This document shows positions 38,326 to 50,894 of a stretch of DNA of 64,000 bases, one piece after another. The stretch spans positions 1,860,001 to 1,924,000 of the forward strand of contig CDLV01000009.1 of NCBI GenBank assembly GCA_001244265.2. The letters are read 5' to 3'. The notes under the pieces were generated by a model, which worked only from the letters and a program-made list of their open reading frames with translations, searched no databases and was not told the DNA's origin. Source of the DNA: Microbotryum violaceum. Lineage: Eukaryota. Position numbers and translations under genes: made by a program. Numbering within the stretch: position 1 is the stretch's first letter; each line of letters opens with the position of its first letter.

Positions 38326-38898
38326 TCGTCGGCGGAGGGGGACTGAGGAGTAACAGAAATGGTGGGGCTCTGCGATAGGTCGGACATGCTGGAGGATCGA
38401 GTGTCGCGGATGGTGGAAGAAGGAGAGAACGAGAGGCCTCTCAACACAGACGCGTTTTTATGTCAGTCGGTCGGGACGACCTCCTCGTCTGGGGGGAGTT
38501 GTGGTACTCGGGATCCCGTCGCGTGCAGCAAAGTCGGAAATGAGACTTCTGTTTTCAGAAATAAGATGGGACTCCTGATCTCGTCGACTGAATTAGAGTA
38601 CTCGGGTCACGCGGACGTCGGCGAATTCGGTGGTCTCGGGGATCGGGCTGGAGTCGCCTAGTCGGGAAGCGCGGATTCGGCTAACTCGGCGTAGCGCCAC
38701 ATGAGCGGATAAAAGTTCAGAGCAAGGAATGGCGTGATCAGGACGAAGTATGGCGTGATCAGAAGGCCGAGTGTCGGAAAAGAGGAGGAAGCTGGCCCGG
38801 AGGGATTGGAGTGTCCTGGCGTTGGAGGGGAGACTCGCTTCTTGTTCGGGGGAGATCAGACCCCCTTTGGAGGGAGACGACTCTCGGAGGAGTGGACC

Positions 38899-39141
38899 AG
38901 GACCCGGGAAAGCTCAGCCCAATGTGCGTCTCGAAGATTTGTACTTTTCGGGCCCATTTATGCCTTGTGCTATGCTACATGACGTGGTTTTTCATGGTAG
39001 AGTAACTTTTTCAACACAACCCAATAATCTGGTCTTATACCGGAATACATACACCCCTTATATAGGGATATTCGGTGTACAAATCGGCCTAAAACCGTGA
39101 TTTTTTCGAGACGCACCTTCGGCTGAGCTTTCCCGGGTCCT
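38899..39141. mobile_element. MITE (243 bp), 37-bp TIRs, 8-bp TSD
   Basis: TIR AGGACCCGGGAAAGCTCAGCC(C/G)AA(T/G)GTGCGTCTCGAA at both ends; AGTGGACC duplicated at 38891-38898 and 39142-39149; AT-rich non-coding interior. Confidence 0.9.
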
Positions 39142-39288
39142 AGTGGACCACTTGGAGAGAGGACATTTCTGCGAATCTATCATTCTCAGTTTCACTTTCT
39201 GCGTGTTTCTCGTTTTTCGGCATCTCGGTCTCTGCGTTTCGATAGTAATCAGCCCCCTGTCTCTGATCGTCCGCTCACTATTACCATA

Positions 39289-42153
39289 AAGGTATGCAGG
39301 ACAATCACAGAGTGATTCACCTAATGACTTGCCTGCAGATCGCTGACGAACTCCTTCCAGTGCAAATCTTCAGACGACTCCTCCTTTGATTACTCCATCG
39401 CCGATCAGACCGATGTCTCGTTTGCTCCCAGCCAAATCTTCATCTCCCCTCGATACGTCAAGCTTGCGTCGTTCGCTGCCAGGGCCGATTTTTCGGAAGA
39501 AGTTCTTAAGTCGACCAGCTCCGCTCTCGACCTCGGCACGCTGCCGGCAGAAACACTACTGTTAATGCGGCTATGTTTTTGTTCCCTTCCGCATCAAACA
39601 ACGCCTGCAGAATCATCTCGCTTACTGAAATTGCTACCGCCTAATCGTCACCTCAGATCTACCGGCACCCTAAAGATTGTCATCAATTTCTGCATTGCAC
39701 TGCCATCCCCGCTCAACGCTCGCTCGTAAGCCGCACCTCTACAAGATGAGGGCAGGACTGGAACACCCCCGCCTACAGTCACTCTGGTGAAAGCACACTG
39801 CATCTTGGCGAGGCGGCATCAGCATCGAGCTTCTTTGCCATAGCCCAAGCGGAGGCCGACGACGAGGTGCGACGGCAGAATCGTCAACTAGCCGAGTTCC
39901 GCACCTCAAGTGATGGCCACCGCTACTCCCGGTCATCGCACACCCATCCGAACGACGTACAACATCCGAATGACCCGGAAGATGGAGACTACCCGGAATT
40001 ACCGAAGTACAACGAGGGACGAATAAAGATGACCAACCTCATGCTCGATGAATACCCTAGAGAAGTCGTTTTCGATTCATGGAGATCCAACGGCCGTTCC
40101 AATGTCGAATGGTGGCTTGTCGTATCTGTGGTCTTTCTCAGCATCGGGCAATCGAAGTGACTCGGGTGGCGTCTGGCAAGGCCCATGTCCGGAACTGAAC
40201 ATCCAGTATATCAAGTACAGCAAGAGATACTGCTTTGGGTGTGTTTCTGCGTCCGATGTTGCGACCGATCCTGTTGTGGCAAGCGTCGACCTCCGACAAA
40301 GATATCAGTACCAAGGAGGGCAAATCGCCTGGAGGAGGTCGAAGCGCTGGACACTACACAGGGAGCGCCACCTCGTGCAAAGCGATTGGTCCGAACGTAG
40401 AGCGCACATCATCGCAAATCCAACTCTGTCCAATCTCAGCTTACAACGGGCCAATGAAGCACATTCTCTGTTCGGCAAGCATAATTCGAGCACAACGCAA
40501 GGATCACCCGGGCGAGGTCTTCATTTTTCCACAACCATCCTCCTCCGCCTGTCTCGTCCGTCATCGGAACAAATGGTACAACTGCAACGTCTGCGTCATG
40601 CCATGTCCCAAGCATCGCGGCAGAGCTACGCATGGGCCAGATGACCGCTTGCATAGACAACCCACCACACCGGCCGTCCGCTTCCGAGATCTGTCCACTA
40701 TACGACAATACTAGGACGATTGCCAGGCACAGATCTCGGAAGCGGACGGCTGGTGTTGTGTGCTGTCTGGCAAAGCGGTCATCTGGCCCATACGTAGCTG
40801 TGCCGCAGATGCTTGGGGCGGGACGCGGCATCACGCAGACGTTGCAGTTGTGCCACCTGTTCCGATGACGGACGAGAGACAGACAGGCGGAGGAGGATGG
40901 TTGTGGAAACCCGAATGCAAAATGAAGAGCTCGCCCGGGCGATCCTTGCGTCGTGCTCGAATGATGGTTGCCGAATAGAGAATGTGGTTCTTTGGCCCGT
41001 TGCAAGCTGAGATAGGACATGGTTGGATTTGCGATGATGTGCGCTCTACGTTCGGACCCATCGCTTTGCGCGAGTTGAGTTTGTTGGGCGCTTCCTGTGT
41101 AGTGTCGAGCGCTTCGACCTCCTCCCGGCGATTCGCCCTCCTTGGTACTGATAACTTTGTTGGAGGTCGACGCTTGCCACAGCAGGATCGGTCGCAACAG
41201 AGAAACTCACCCCCACCCAAAGCAATATCTCTTGGTGTACTTGAAATACTCGGCGTTCAGTTCCACCAACCGAGTCGCTTCGATTGGCCGATGCTGAGAA
41301 AGATCAGATACGACATGCCACCAACGGAACCTGGGACGACATCGTTGCCGTTTCAACGTCGAATGGGTCTCCATGAATCGAGAACGACCTTTCTGGGGTA
41401 TTTTTCGAGCATGAGGTCGGTCATCTTCATTCGTTCTTCGTTGTACTTCGGTAATTCCGGGTAGTCTCCATCTTCCGGGTCATTCGGATATTGTACGTCG
41501 TTCGGATGGGTGTGCGATGACCGGGAGTAGCGGTGGCCATCACTTGAGGTGCGGAACTCGGCTAGTTGACGATTCTGCCGTCGCACCTCGTCGTCGGCCT
41601 CCGCTTGGGCTATGGCAAAGAAGCTCGATGCTGATGCCGCCTCGCCAAGATGCATTGTGATTTCAGCAGTCCTGACGAGAGTGACTGTAGGCGGGGGTGT
41701 TCCCATCTTGTAGAGGTGCCGCTTGCGAGCGAGCGGGGATAGCAGTGCAATGCAGAAATTGATGACAATCTTTAGGGTGCCGGTAGATCTGAGGTGACGA
41801 TTAGGCGGTAGCAATTTCAGTAAGCGAGATGATTCTGCAGGCGTTGTTTGATGCGGAAGGGAACAAAGACATACCCGCATTGACAGTAGTGCTTCTGCTG
41901 GCAGCGTGCCGAAATCGAGAGCGGAGCCGGTCGACTTGAGAACTTGGTCCGAGAAATCGGCCCTGGCAGCGAACGACGCGAGCTTGACGTATCGAGAGGA
42001 GATGAAGATCTGGCTGGGAGCAAACGAGACATCGGTCTGATCGGAGTAATCAAAGCAGGAGTCGTCCGAAGATTTGCATTGGAAGGAGTTCGTCAGCGAT
42101 CTGCAGGCAAGTCATTACTGGGTGAATCACTCTATGATTGTCCTGCATACCTT
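39289..42153. repeat. Inverted repeat IR3: arms 39289-40694 / 40729-42153, 34-bp spacer
   Basis: ~1.4-kb arms align as reverse complements throughout (roughly 85-90% by eye, several indels). Both encode the same decayed ORF (MTCLQIADELL..QIF..LL, ...EADDEVRRQNRQLAEFRTSSDGHRYSRSSHTHPNDV..., ...CPISA.NGP..HIL...CNVCVMP...PAVRFRDL) pointing inward. Confidence 0.97.
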
Positions 42154-43479
42154 GGAGAGCAATCCCGAGCTCGTCAGCAAGCTCGTCGAGCACATGCTGA
42201 AGATAAACGAAACGACAGGCTCCTGCTGTGAAGTTGATGGGGACAGAGGGCGTCATTCGCACCGCCACGCCAGCAACTAAGTAGCCGGAGGGAGATCGTG
42301 CTTCGACGGTCGAAACTGAGCACGTGGAGCCCGCCACACCATGATATCAGCGATGTCCAGAGTAATGTACAGATATTGAGTTGGAAATTTGAAAACGTAC
42401 CATTAATTCTCAGAGCAATCGATTCAGGAAAATGACGAGTGGTACTGAGGGATGGCGAAATCGACGCGCTGTCTTGCGGAAGAGCCCGCCGATTGAGTGT
42501 TCGAGAGCGAGAGGTTCGGTGTTAAAATGCAATGACGACGTTGTCCCTTGCGGCCGCGGTGCACCCAGATCGGTGTTGGAAGTGATACCATTGAATCTCA
42601 ACGTCTGATCGAGAGTGTTCGTTGCTGAAAACAAAAGAGGAGATGTAGAGGTGCGAAACGGGAACACGCCGTTGGAAATCCGACTGGAAATGGTAACCGC
42701 ATCGTCGCAATGATGGTGGCCCCCGTCTTGGCCGACTTCGCTCTTATGCACACTACGGCTTGGATCGAGATTGATACTTGGTGCTAGGTGGTTGTCTCTG
42801 CATTGCGAAGGTAGAGGATGAAGGTGGGGCCGGCACCGCGCCCGTCGACGTGGCCGCAAGGTGGTCGCCAGCCTCAGGCGCTCAGACCCTCAGCAGTTGT
42901 CATCGTCAAGTTCGATGGAGGCTTCTGATATGGGTGTCAAGATCGGCTGATGCTCGAAGCTCGGTTGCTTGCGTGCTGGCTTGGCGTACGGTGTCTTCGG
43001 CCGTGTTGCGAGTTGCTGAACGCGCCTGGGGCCGGCCGTCGCGTCAACCTTCGCAACTCCATTGACCGTCCTGAAACTTTGATCCGACTAGGCCACGTTG
43101 ACGCTTCCGAAGGCCAACTCCTCGCGAAAGAAAGCGAGACGACAGCCACGCCAAACAACTACTACAGTAAGTCGGGTCTGAAACGTGCGGCGGCGCGGCC
43201 CTGACTGATACTACGCGTCAAACAATTGAGTGGTCGGCGAGGGAGGGTGGAGTAGAGGGGGGCGAGGGTAAGGGGGCGGGTGGGCGAAGGGGCAATTCAT
43301 GCAAGGGAGGCGCTCGGCTGAAAAAGTCCCGCTCGAGCTTCAATTTGCACCGGCCGGGGGACAAAGTCCTCGCCAAATTTGTTCACCAAGAGGAGTCTGA
43401 GCTTCTTGTGTAACTCAATCGGGTCAACTCGATCTTCTTGAGTTAACTGTGAGCTCCAGTGAGCAGCCCGAGAGCGACG

Positions 43480-44811
43480 GATAGGCAGTTCGGGGGTTGT
43501 GTTGGTTGCGTCGTCAAGGAGATCGAGGACGCGGTCATGATCGCTATCCACGGTCGAGCCTCGGACGGATCTCAGAAACCCCCGAAGGTCTCTCGGCTGC
43601 GCCTCTGCACCCCTCTCGACCACGGCGGCTTTGGCTTGATTGACTTACCTCGGCGCCTCGCGGTCGATCACGCCAAGTGGGTCTTTCATCTTCGGGACCC
43701 GGACGGCTGCTTCATTCGGCACCTCTTCGACATCCGCACTCGCCTTCAGGCGGCGAACGAACGCACCCCCTTTACCTTGCCCAAATCAGGCCCCAACCCA
43801 CATCGTCGCTCGTGGGTCTGGATCTGGTGGGCCTACTTTTGCCACCCTCCTCCACAGTGGGAACGCGCAGTGAGGAAGACGAAGGCCCTGCTCCCTCCAC
43901 GATGGATCCGCTTTTTCGAAGCCTGGGATTTGGTGACAACGCTGAACCCCCCCGAACTTTCCAAGAGCCCGAATCTGGAGCGGTGGGCAACACACGTCCT
44001 CTACTTCCCAGCAGGCCACGGAATCCGACTCTCGGTGAACCCGACGCTTTTCCGAGGACCCGATGGCGAGGTGATGACTCCGTCTTCGTTTGTGAACGCG
44101 TCCAAACGCCACCAAGCCTTCCTCTACCCTCCTATCCTCCCTCTCGGTCATCAGAGGGTTTTCTGTCTCCCCGAGCAACGCTGGAATGCCTGGTGGAAGG
44201 CGCTACGCAAGATTCGCAGGGTTCATTCGGACGCCGAAGACACGGCCCACCTCCTCTCCCTAGGTTCACTTCATCCAGGTAGCCAAATCGCTTCTCCAAA
44301 TAGCCGTTCTCTCCACAATCGATCTACCGCATGTGTCATGTGCCTGTCGGAGGCTCCGGAGACCCTGGCACACCTTGCGGTCGGTTGCCCGTTTGCCCGC
44401 CGCCTCTGGTCTGCGCTCACTCCTATCCCACACCCCGACTTTGTTCAGTTCGTGTGCCCGGTCGTTTCTCGCTCGGAACGCCGACCCGTCGAGCTGCGTC
44501 TACTCTTCTTCCACGCGATCTGGAAGCTCTCTCGTCGCCGTCGATTTTCGTCGGATCCTCTGGAGCCGATCGCCGAAACGGCATTTGAGGAGCTCCGCGC
44601 GTCCATCCAGGAGTCCAAGGGACGACTGGTTTCGCTGTAACCGCCTAAGGGGGTTTTAGTGGGTATGGTTGATTTTGTTCCAAGGTCAACGAGTCCCACA
44701 CTACTGGCCTCGCCAGTGTGCTTAACTGCATTCCCTCCGTCTTTTCCGAGGATTTTTAGGCATTAATATAGATATGCTGTTAATGAAATCTATTAGATAA
44801 AAAAAAAAAAA
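43480..44811 (+). mobile_element. 5'-truncated non-LTR retrotransposon (L1/Tx1-like LINE) with poly(A) tail
   Basis: Post-RT motif LCTPLDHGGFGLIDL; zf-RVT knuckle CVMCLSEAPETLAHLAVGCPFARRLW; stop 44640; 3' UTR hairpin ACTGGC-CTC-GCCAGT (~44703-44717); A13 tract at 44799-44811. Confidence 0.9.
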
Positions 44812-45599
44812 GAGTTCCCTTGATGTCGTTGGCTTTGCCCTCGAAGCGGATCGTAAGGGCGACTCTCTGAACTCAATCGATGGAGACCGACGCGGTGTGC
44901 CCTTGAAAGGCGTTGGCGTTTGTACGGGCATGGTGGATCATGAGGGCGGTAGCGACGTCGGGGACTGCAGTGGCGTTGTGGACCGAAGGTGAGACCGGTG
45001 AGGCGCGGCTGGCTGATTCACGTCGGCGCGAAGAACCGTCCCTCTGGGTCCGTGCGCGAGCCAGCTCCAAGTCGAAAATAACGGCTCTCACCGCTGTAGC
45101 TCAATGAATAGGATTTGAAAGACTCTTCTCTTGGGTAGATGCTCGAAAAATAGCATAAGAGCGCGCCTATTGCAACGATTGTATAGGTTGATTTTATTTC
45201 CCATGCTACAGCAAGGTGGTAGGCTTGCGACCCGCGATCTCAGTCGGTGGGAGTTCTTCAGCACCACAGCTCGGCTCGAGAAGCTGTACCGCGACTCGAC
45301 GCACTGGGGGCAGTCGCTGAAGCGGCCGGTGTCACTGTTTCATCGATCAAGTCCGAACTCCTAACGCTTCCCGAATTGCTCATGCTTCCGCCATGCCTCT
45401 CTTCACTCTACCGATGACGTTCGTTACGCGTATGACGATGACTCGGAGGACGCAGTGGAAAAGTGGGGGTTACTAGTAGATCGCGGACTTGTACTGGAGG
45501 GACAATGAAAGCGGACGGGCTCTGTTTGGTCATCGACGCGGGTTCTGGCAGCACTCTAAGGAACCCACCCTACAGCACGAGCACGTGTGGTAGCGCGTG

Positions 45600-46335
45600 G
45601 GTCAGTTGCTCAAGGCGAAAGCCTTGCTCGGATACCTCTCAAGGAGGCTCCCCGTCCTCGAGGCTTCAACTTCTTTAAGCTCTCCCCGCCTTTTACGATT
45701 CGCAAGCTTCTTCGGCTTGTGAACATGGTGCGGTTCCCAGGGAGGGAGGACTGTATCAAGTGTTTCCCTCGTTGGACTTATCAGAGCGACACGCAGCGCT
45801 TCTGGAGATGGCTCCACGACCGGTTCGCTTCGGTGGCGGAGCAGGACACCCACTGGCGGCTCATGTACCATGTGACATCGACGCGCAAGCTGCAGCACAT
45901 TCGGGGCCAGGCTTTGTCGCCGTCGTCTGTGTTCTGTGGCAACGATTCAGCGGTCATCGAGATGGTGTCGCACTACTTTTTCGAGTGCGCGTACTCGACC
46001 AGCTTCTGGGGCGGGGTGCTGCGCATTCTGGTCGACAAGCTCGGCATCGAGGATGTGAACGTCGATCCGTCGACGTTCACTCCGGAGCAGCTGACTATGG
46101 GGCTCCCCTTTTGCGGGGTTGTGGGAGAACGACCTCGAAATGGGTGTGGGTTCGGCTGGCCTGCGCGATCGGCTTCCAGCGGCTGCACCTGCTCCGTTGG
46201 CGCGTTCATCAGCGGTTCGAGCTGGACAACGTCGTGGCCCCGCCCTCGCTCCCCAGTGCGCTCAGAACGTTCGAGCGAGATTTTCTCTCTTGAGCGGGCT
46301 TTGTGCCTGGGGCTCGAGATTGGGAGGTGTGATGA
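45600..46335 (+). mobile_element. Second, different LINE 3' fragment (frameshifted)
   Basis: FWRWLH...HWRLMYH...SVFCGNDSAVIEMVSHYFFECAYSTSFW (decayed zf-RVT), continuing in another frame as LPLLRG...WVRLACAIGFQRLHLLRWR. Confidence 0.75.
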
Positions 46336-47385
46336 CCGATTTAAGTCCTTCCTTCCCATTTTCCTCCCCTCCTCTCTCCCCCCTCCTTTCCTCCCTTCTT
46401 TTTCGGAGGTCGACTTTTCTTTCAGAAGCTGACTGTCTCGCAACATGTTGCACAGTGGGAGGCTGCGCACCTTTCTTTACTTTGCGCAGTAGCGGTTTCC
46501 GTTCTTGGATGGATCGGCAAGCCGGGTCGATCGTGTTTGCGTTGGGGGCTTTTGTCCCCTCTCCCCCCCCCCCCTGTTTCCCTTCCCTTCCTCTTCTCGT
46601 TCCTGTTACTCGGTCTTTGAATCCGCGTCAACCACTTCTCCTTGTATTCCTAAGCCGTGTGTTGGATTCCGTCGAATGGATCGTTCGTTCGCGTCGGTCA
46701 AGATCTACGGCATGGATCGGGAAGAAAGGTGATTCGTTTTTGGTCAACATCCTCGCGTCAAGGCGAGGCTCGTTTCGTTGTATTGGATAGTTTTTCGCTC
46801 GGCCCCGACGGCTCAACAGCCAGCACTCGAGACTCAGCCGAGGGAGGACATCAGGTGCTGTCGGGATGGCGAGTAGCGCCTGTTAGTCTCTGGGGACCTC
46901 TATCTCTGACTCAGCTTCGACCCCCTCCCTTGGCCCCTCCGGTGTGTTCCCCTCCTCTCTGTCTTAGTAGTCCTGATTCTCCGTGTTTCCAATCTGTATA
47001 TTCTCCCCCTTTATTTCTCTCAGCGCTCTCGCCTGGTTTTCGAGTATCTTCGCTCTCGCTCTTGGGACGTGAAGCGGCAGCAGTACTCAACGCCCCGAGC
47101 CTCAGGTTTCGACTTGGTACTTTAACTACATTCGGCCATCAGGCACCGTCTACTGGAGCACCGCTTCCTCGAGACCTTTTGCTAATTTCCACCGCGTCCT
47201 TCAAGCTTCAAGTCTTAGCACCCCTTCCGCCCTCTGTGCAATTCGGACCTGGTCCATAAGGGTCACCCATTCCTTACTCTCGTATCTCATCCTCGTTCTC
47301 GTTTGAGAAAAAAATCTCTGAACCATTTCTTCATCGCTCCAAAACAAAAAAAATCAACCTATTCTTAACACCCTCGAAGCTCTAC

Positions 47386-50372
47386 TCAATCCCACCCACT
47401 AAAAACCTGTAAAGCATCCTTGACCCTCTCCCTCACGTCTAAACTAACATCCGTACTCAACTCACCCAAAGCCCGATTCACCCCCTTGTTTCTCAAAAAA
47501 TCTAGAATCTCAGTCGTCGTAGGGGATGAGGAAAGTGGTTTTATGGTGATTGGTTCAGTGGGATTCGAGTACGGTCTTGGAGGCCTCGTTGAGTGGGAGT
47601 AGGTCGGAGTTGGAATTGAATTCGAAGAGGGTGGGATGGGTTGTGAGAGGTTGATGAAAACCCATACGGTCGCGCATCGTACATCCGCAAGTTTTGCTTT
47701 CTAAACAAAACCAAAATCAAAAAAAATCAACCCCCAACACCCGTCAAACGGCTTCGTAGCTCTGTTGTGGAAATGGAAGGAAGGCTTACCAAAGCGCCGA
47801 TCAAAAGATCCAACAATCCATGTTGAACCAAGATCATTCTCTTCATATCCATATCCCCCGCCGCCAAATTGACTAGCGTATAAAGAACTTGGAGTCTCAC
47901 ACCCGCTTCTTCTTGTATAGGCCATTCTGAGGGATCGTTCTCGAGTTCTAAAACGTCCGCGCAGTGCTTGATCACCTCTTCCGGCTTGATCAGTGGCGTG
48001 TCGGATCCGGGTGGAGGTGGAGAGAATAAGGCGGGAGTCGAGTTACTACCGTTGGTACATGTGAGGTTACGAAGGATCCCGAAAGCTTGTTCGGAGACGC
48101 TCGTTTGCTTTGTCAAGAGAAAAGTGCGTAGGTTGGGCCAGCCGAGAAGAGTCAAAAGACGCGTGTTGAATTCATATGAAGCCTGATAACTCGCTGGTAG
48201 CAGGAGTGAAACGAGAAAATGAGTTTTTGAAGCATGGTCAATTGTTTGTGTCGATCCCCGTAAAACGTACCATTCTTGAGAGCCCACAACACGTTAACGT
48301 CTATTACCTCTTGCCTCTTCCTCCTCCCTCCTCCCCCATTCTTCTTCATCCCTCTCGAACCCTCCTGGGCCATCCCTACAATCTCCTCCACCACCCCCTC
48401 TTCAATCAACGTCCCTCTCATCGGACTAAATTCCAACAACAAATTCGAAACGGTCGCGACAGCCGTAATCCTAACGACTTGATCCTCACCCTTTCCCAAA
48501 AGTTTAACGAGCGGTTTAGCAGCTTCGGTTTCTACCAAACTCGTTCGTAAGAGATGTACGCTCCTTGATAATGATCTCAAAGCATGACATGCTGCAGCTT
48601 TAACTTTGGGTAAAGGGTGGGAGAGGTATTCGACGATGAATGGGATCAAATTCTTCTCTTTGACGAGTTGGCGATCATCTTCAGATTCGGCGGTTAGGAG
48701 AGCGATTAATATCAAGGCAGCTTGGATAGGTGTAGAGTTGGGAAGTGGTCCATAGTAAGCTTCGTCGGATAAAGTAGTAGTGGTGGTGGTGGTAGAGAGA
48801 GATGTGGTCGGTTTGAGTAGTAGTTTCTTGACAACGTCGAGTACTCGGTTATTGGAAGCTCCATAAGTTTCGAGTGAAAATTTGATTCCCACCAAATACG
48901 CTAAGATCGAATACATCGGACTCCTGATCAGTAATGGGGATTCCGAGCTATACGTGACTGTCGAAACTGACCCAGTGCGAAACAGGCCCTCCCTCGTAAG
49001 TTGTCGTCCCCATCGACCAAAGTCACCAAAGTCGCGGCGACGGAATCGATCCCGAGTTCCCGCGCGGCGGTGCGATCAAACTCGAGAGACGAAAATGTGT
49101 TTGAAAGCCGTCTCGATTGAAAGAGTACAATCCTTGCAATGGTTGCTGTAAGTCGTCGAGATGCGTTCGCGGATTGGGAGAGCGCGTTCAAGGTCGGAAA
49201 GAGTGGACTGCCGCCTTGAGCTGCGTGAATCAAGAGGTACACCCGAATCGAATCAGCAACAAGTTCTTCGTAAGCCCATACCCTCCCTCGATACTGACCT
49301 CCGATGCATGCTTTGAGGGTATCAGTTTCATCTTTGAACAGCGCCGAGATGGCAGCAATCGCACTCTCTTGCACCCTGCCCGTTGCCGTGGTGACGATTC
49401 CAACGAGCGAATCCCACATCTTGTTTGTGGTCGTACCCGTCTGAAGAACGGCTTCACGTTGCTGTCGGGTTCGCACCGTCGACGCGAACAAATCGCACAC
49501 GAGTTCAGCTCGCTTGTATCGCAATCGCAAACTTTGCGGGTCGAGCGATGAGGAATCAAAATTGAGCATAGCGGCGAGACCGAGGAGAGCGGTCGAGGTA
49601 GGCGAGTACAAGTCCGACAACGCCTTTGCAGCAAGTCGTTTGAGGTTACTCTGCGAAGATCGTCCGGTTCGAAAATCTTTGTCCATCGTCTGATCGTCGT
49701 CATCGTCGTCGCTGTCGTCGTCAAAGTCATCCACATTGCGCGAGTTAGACTGATCGCGCTTCGCATACTTGATAGAAGGACTGATAGGAGTAAGTGATAG
49801 CAAGTCATCGCCCCACTCGCTTGGCCCTACACATTCGACCAGGTCCGAGTAGACGACCTTGATCGATCGCAGTACGGATTCGAGTAGTTTGTCGTGGGTG
49901 AACGACGAAGCGATGGCGGCGGTGACGGGCGACGATGAGGATGATGCTCGATCGCATGTGATGTACACGAGTGCAGACAGGAGGGTTTGGTGAACTTGAT
50001 TATTGAGCAGTACGAGTTGAGCTTGATGAGTCGCTGTGATTGCAGAAATGACGTGGTAGTCGTCAGTGTTTGTGAACGGTCCAAGACTCGAGGCGTCTGT
50101 CTGCGTCCCTCGCATGACTGACGCAAAGACAAGGTCCCCAAGAGCGTCACCGCCTCATTGACCACTTGCAACTCTGTAGGCTGCGTATCCGGTCGCACGT
50201 GATGGCCGCCGAGTTGGACAAGTTGCTCGAGCGCGCCGGGATGAGCGAGCACGACGAGCTTGCGGGCATGGTGGCCTATCAACGCATGCTTCAACTGGCT
50301 CAGGATAGAAAGTTGCGTCGCGGTCGGTAGATTCGTAGGATAGGGGATCGGTGGGGAGAAGGCGATGGCCAT
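47386..50372 (-). CDS. Armadillo-repeat protein ARMC8/Vid28 (GID/CTLH complex)
   Basis: LSQLKHALIGHHARKL, VKAAACHALRSLSRSVHLLRTSLVE, ATVSNLLLEFSPMR, LWALKN, EQAFGILRNL, LYTLVNLAAG, C-terminal LDVRERVKDAL. Confidence 0.85.
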
Positions 50373-50894
50373 GGGGCTGAAGCGGTGGTCCGGGTCCGAG
50401 CGGGTACGGGTACGGGTACGGGTGACGTGGAGGCGGGGAAGCTGGCAGCTGTGGCGCGGGAGCGAGGGAAATGTGGGGGAGGGGGGGTGGCGGGTGCGCG
50501 AGTTGCGAGACAGTGCGCTGCTACTGATGGTTCTGCAAAGTTCTACTCAGTTCTGGGCTGCGACTTGACATGGCTTTTGTCCTGGCTCAACTTGGCCTGA
50601 CCTGGCAAAACGCGCGCGCGGGGCAAGGTCTCAGTTCGGGCTAATGGATCGCCGCGTGTACTAACTAGTCCGAGTGAAATCGATCGTCGATCGTCGATCG
50701 CTGATTGGCCGTCGCTCGCTCTCCTCTCCTCTCGAGCTTGTTCGTTCTACTACGCTCTAGCATCCTCCGTCGTTGAACGCGTTCCTCTCTACTCCCTTTC
50801 CTCCTTTCCTCTGCCCAACTCTGTCCTTTTCTGTCGGCAAACGAGTGTCTCTCACCCCCCTCCCCGCCGCCGCCACCGTGCACGCAACCAAAGC

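Noticed and set aside
46400-47270. Solo LTR or DIRS-like end related to 62050-62450
   Set aside because: Only a ~12-nt resemblance and strand-skewed composition; no defined termini.
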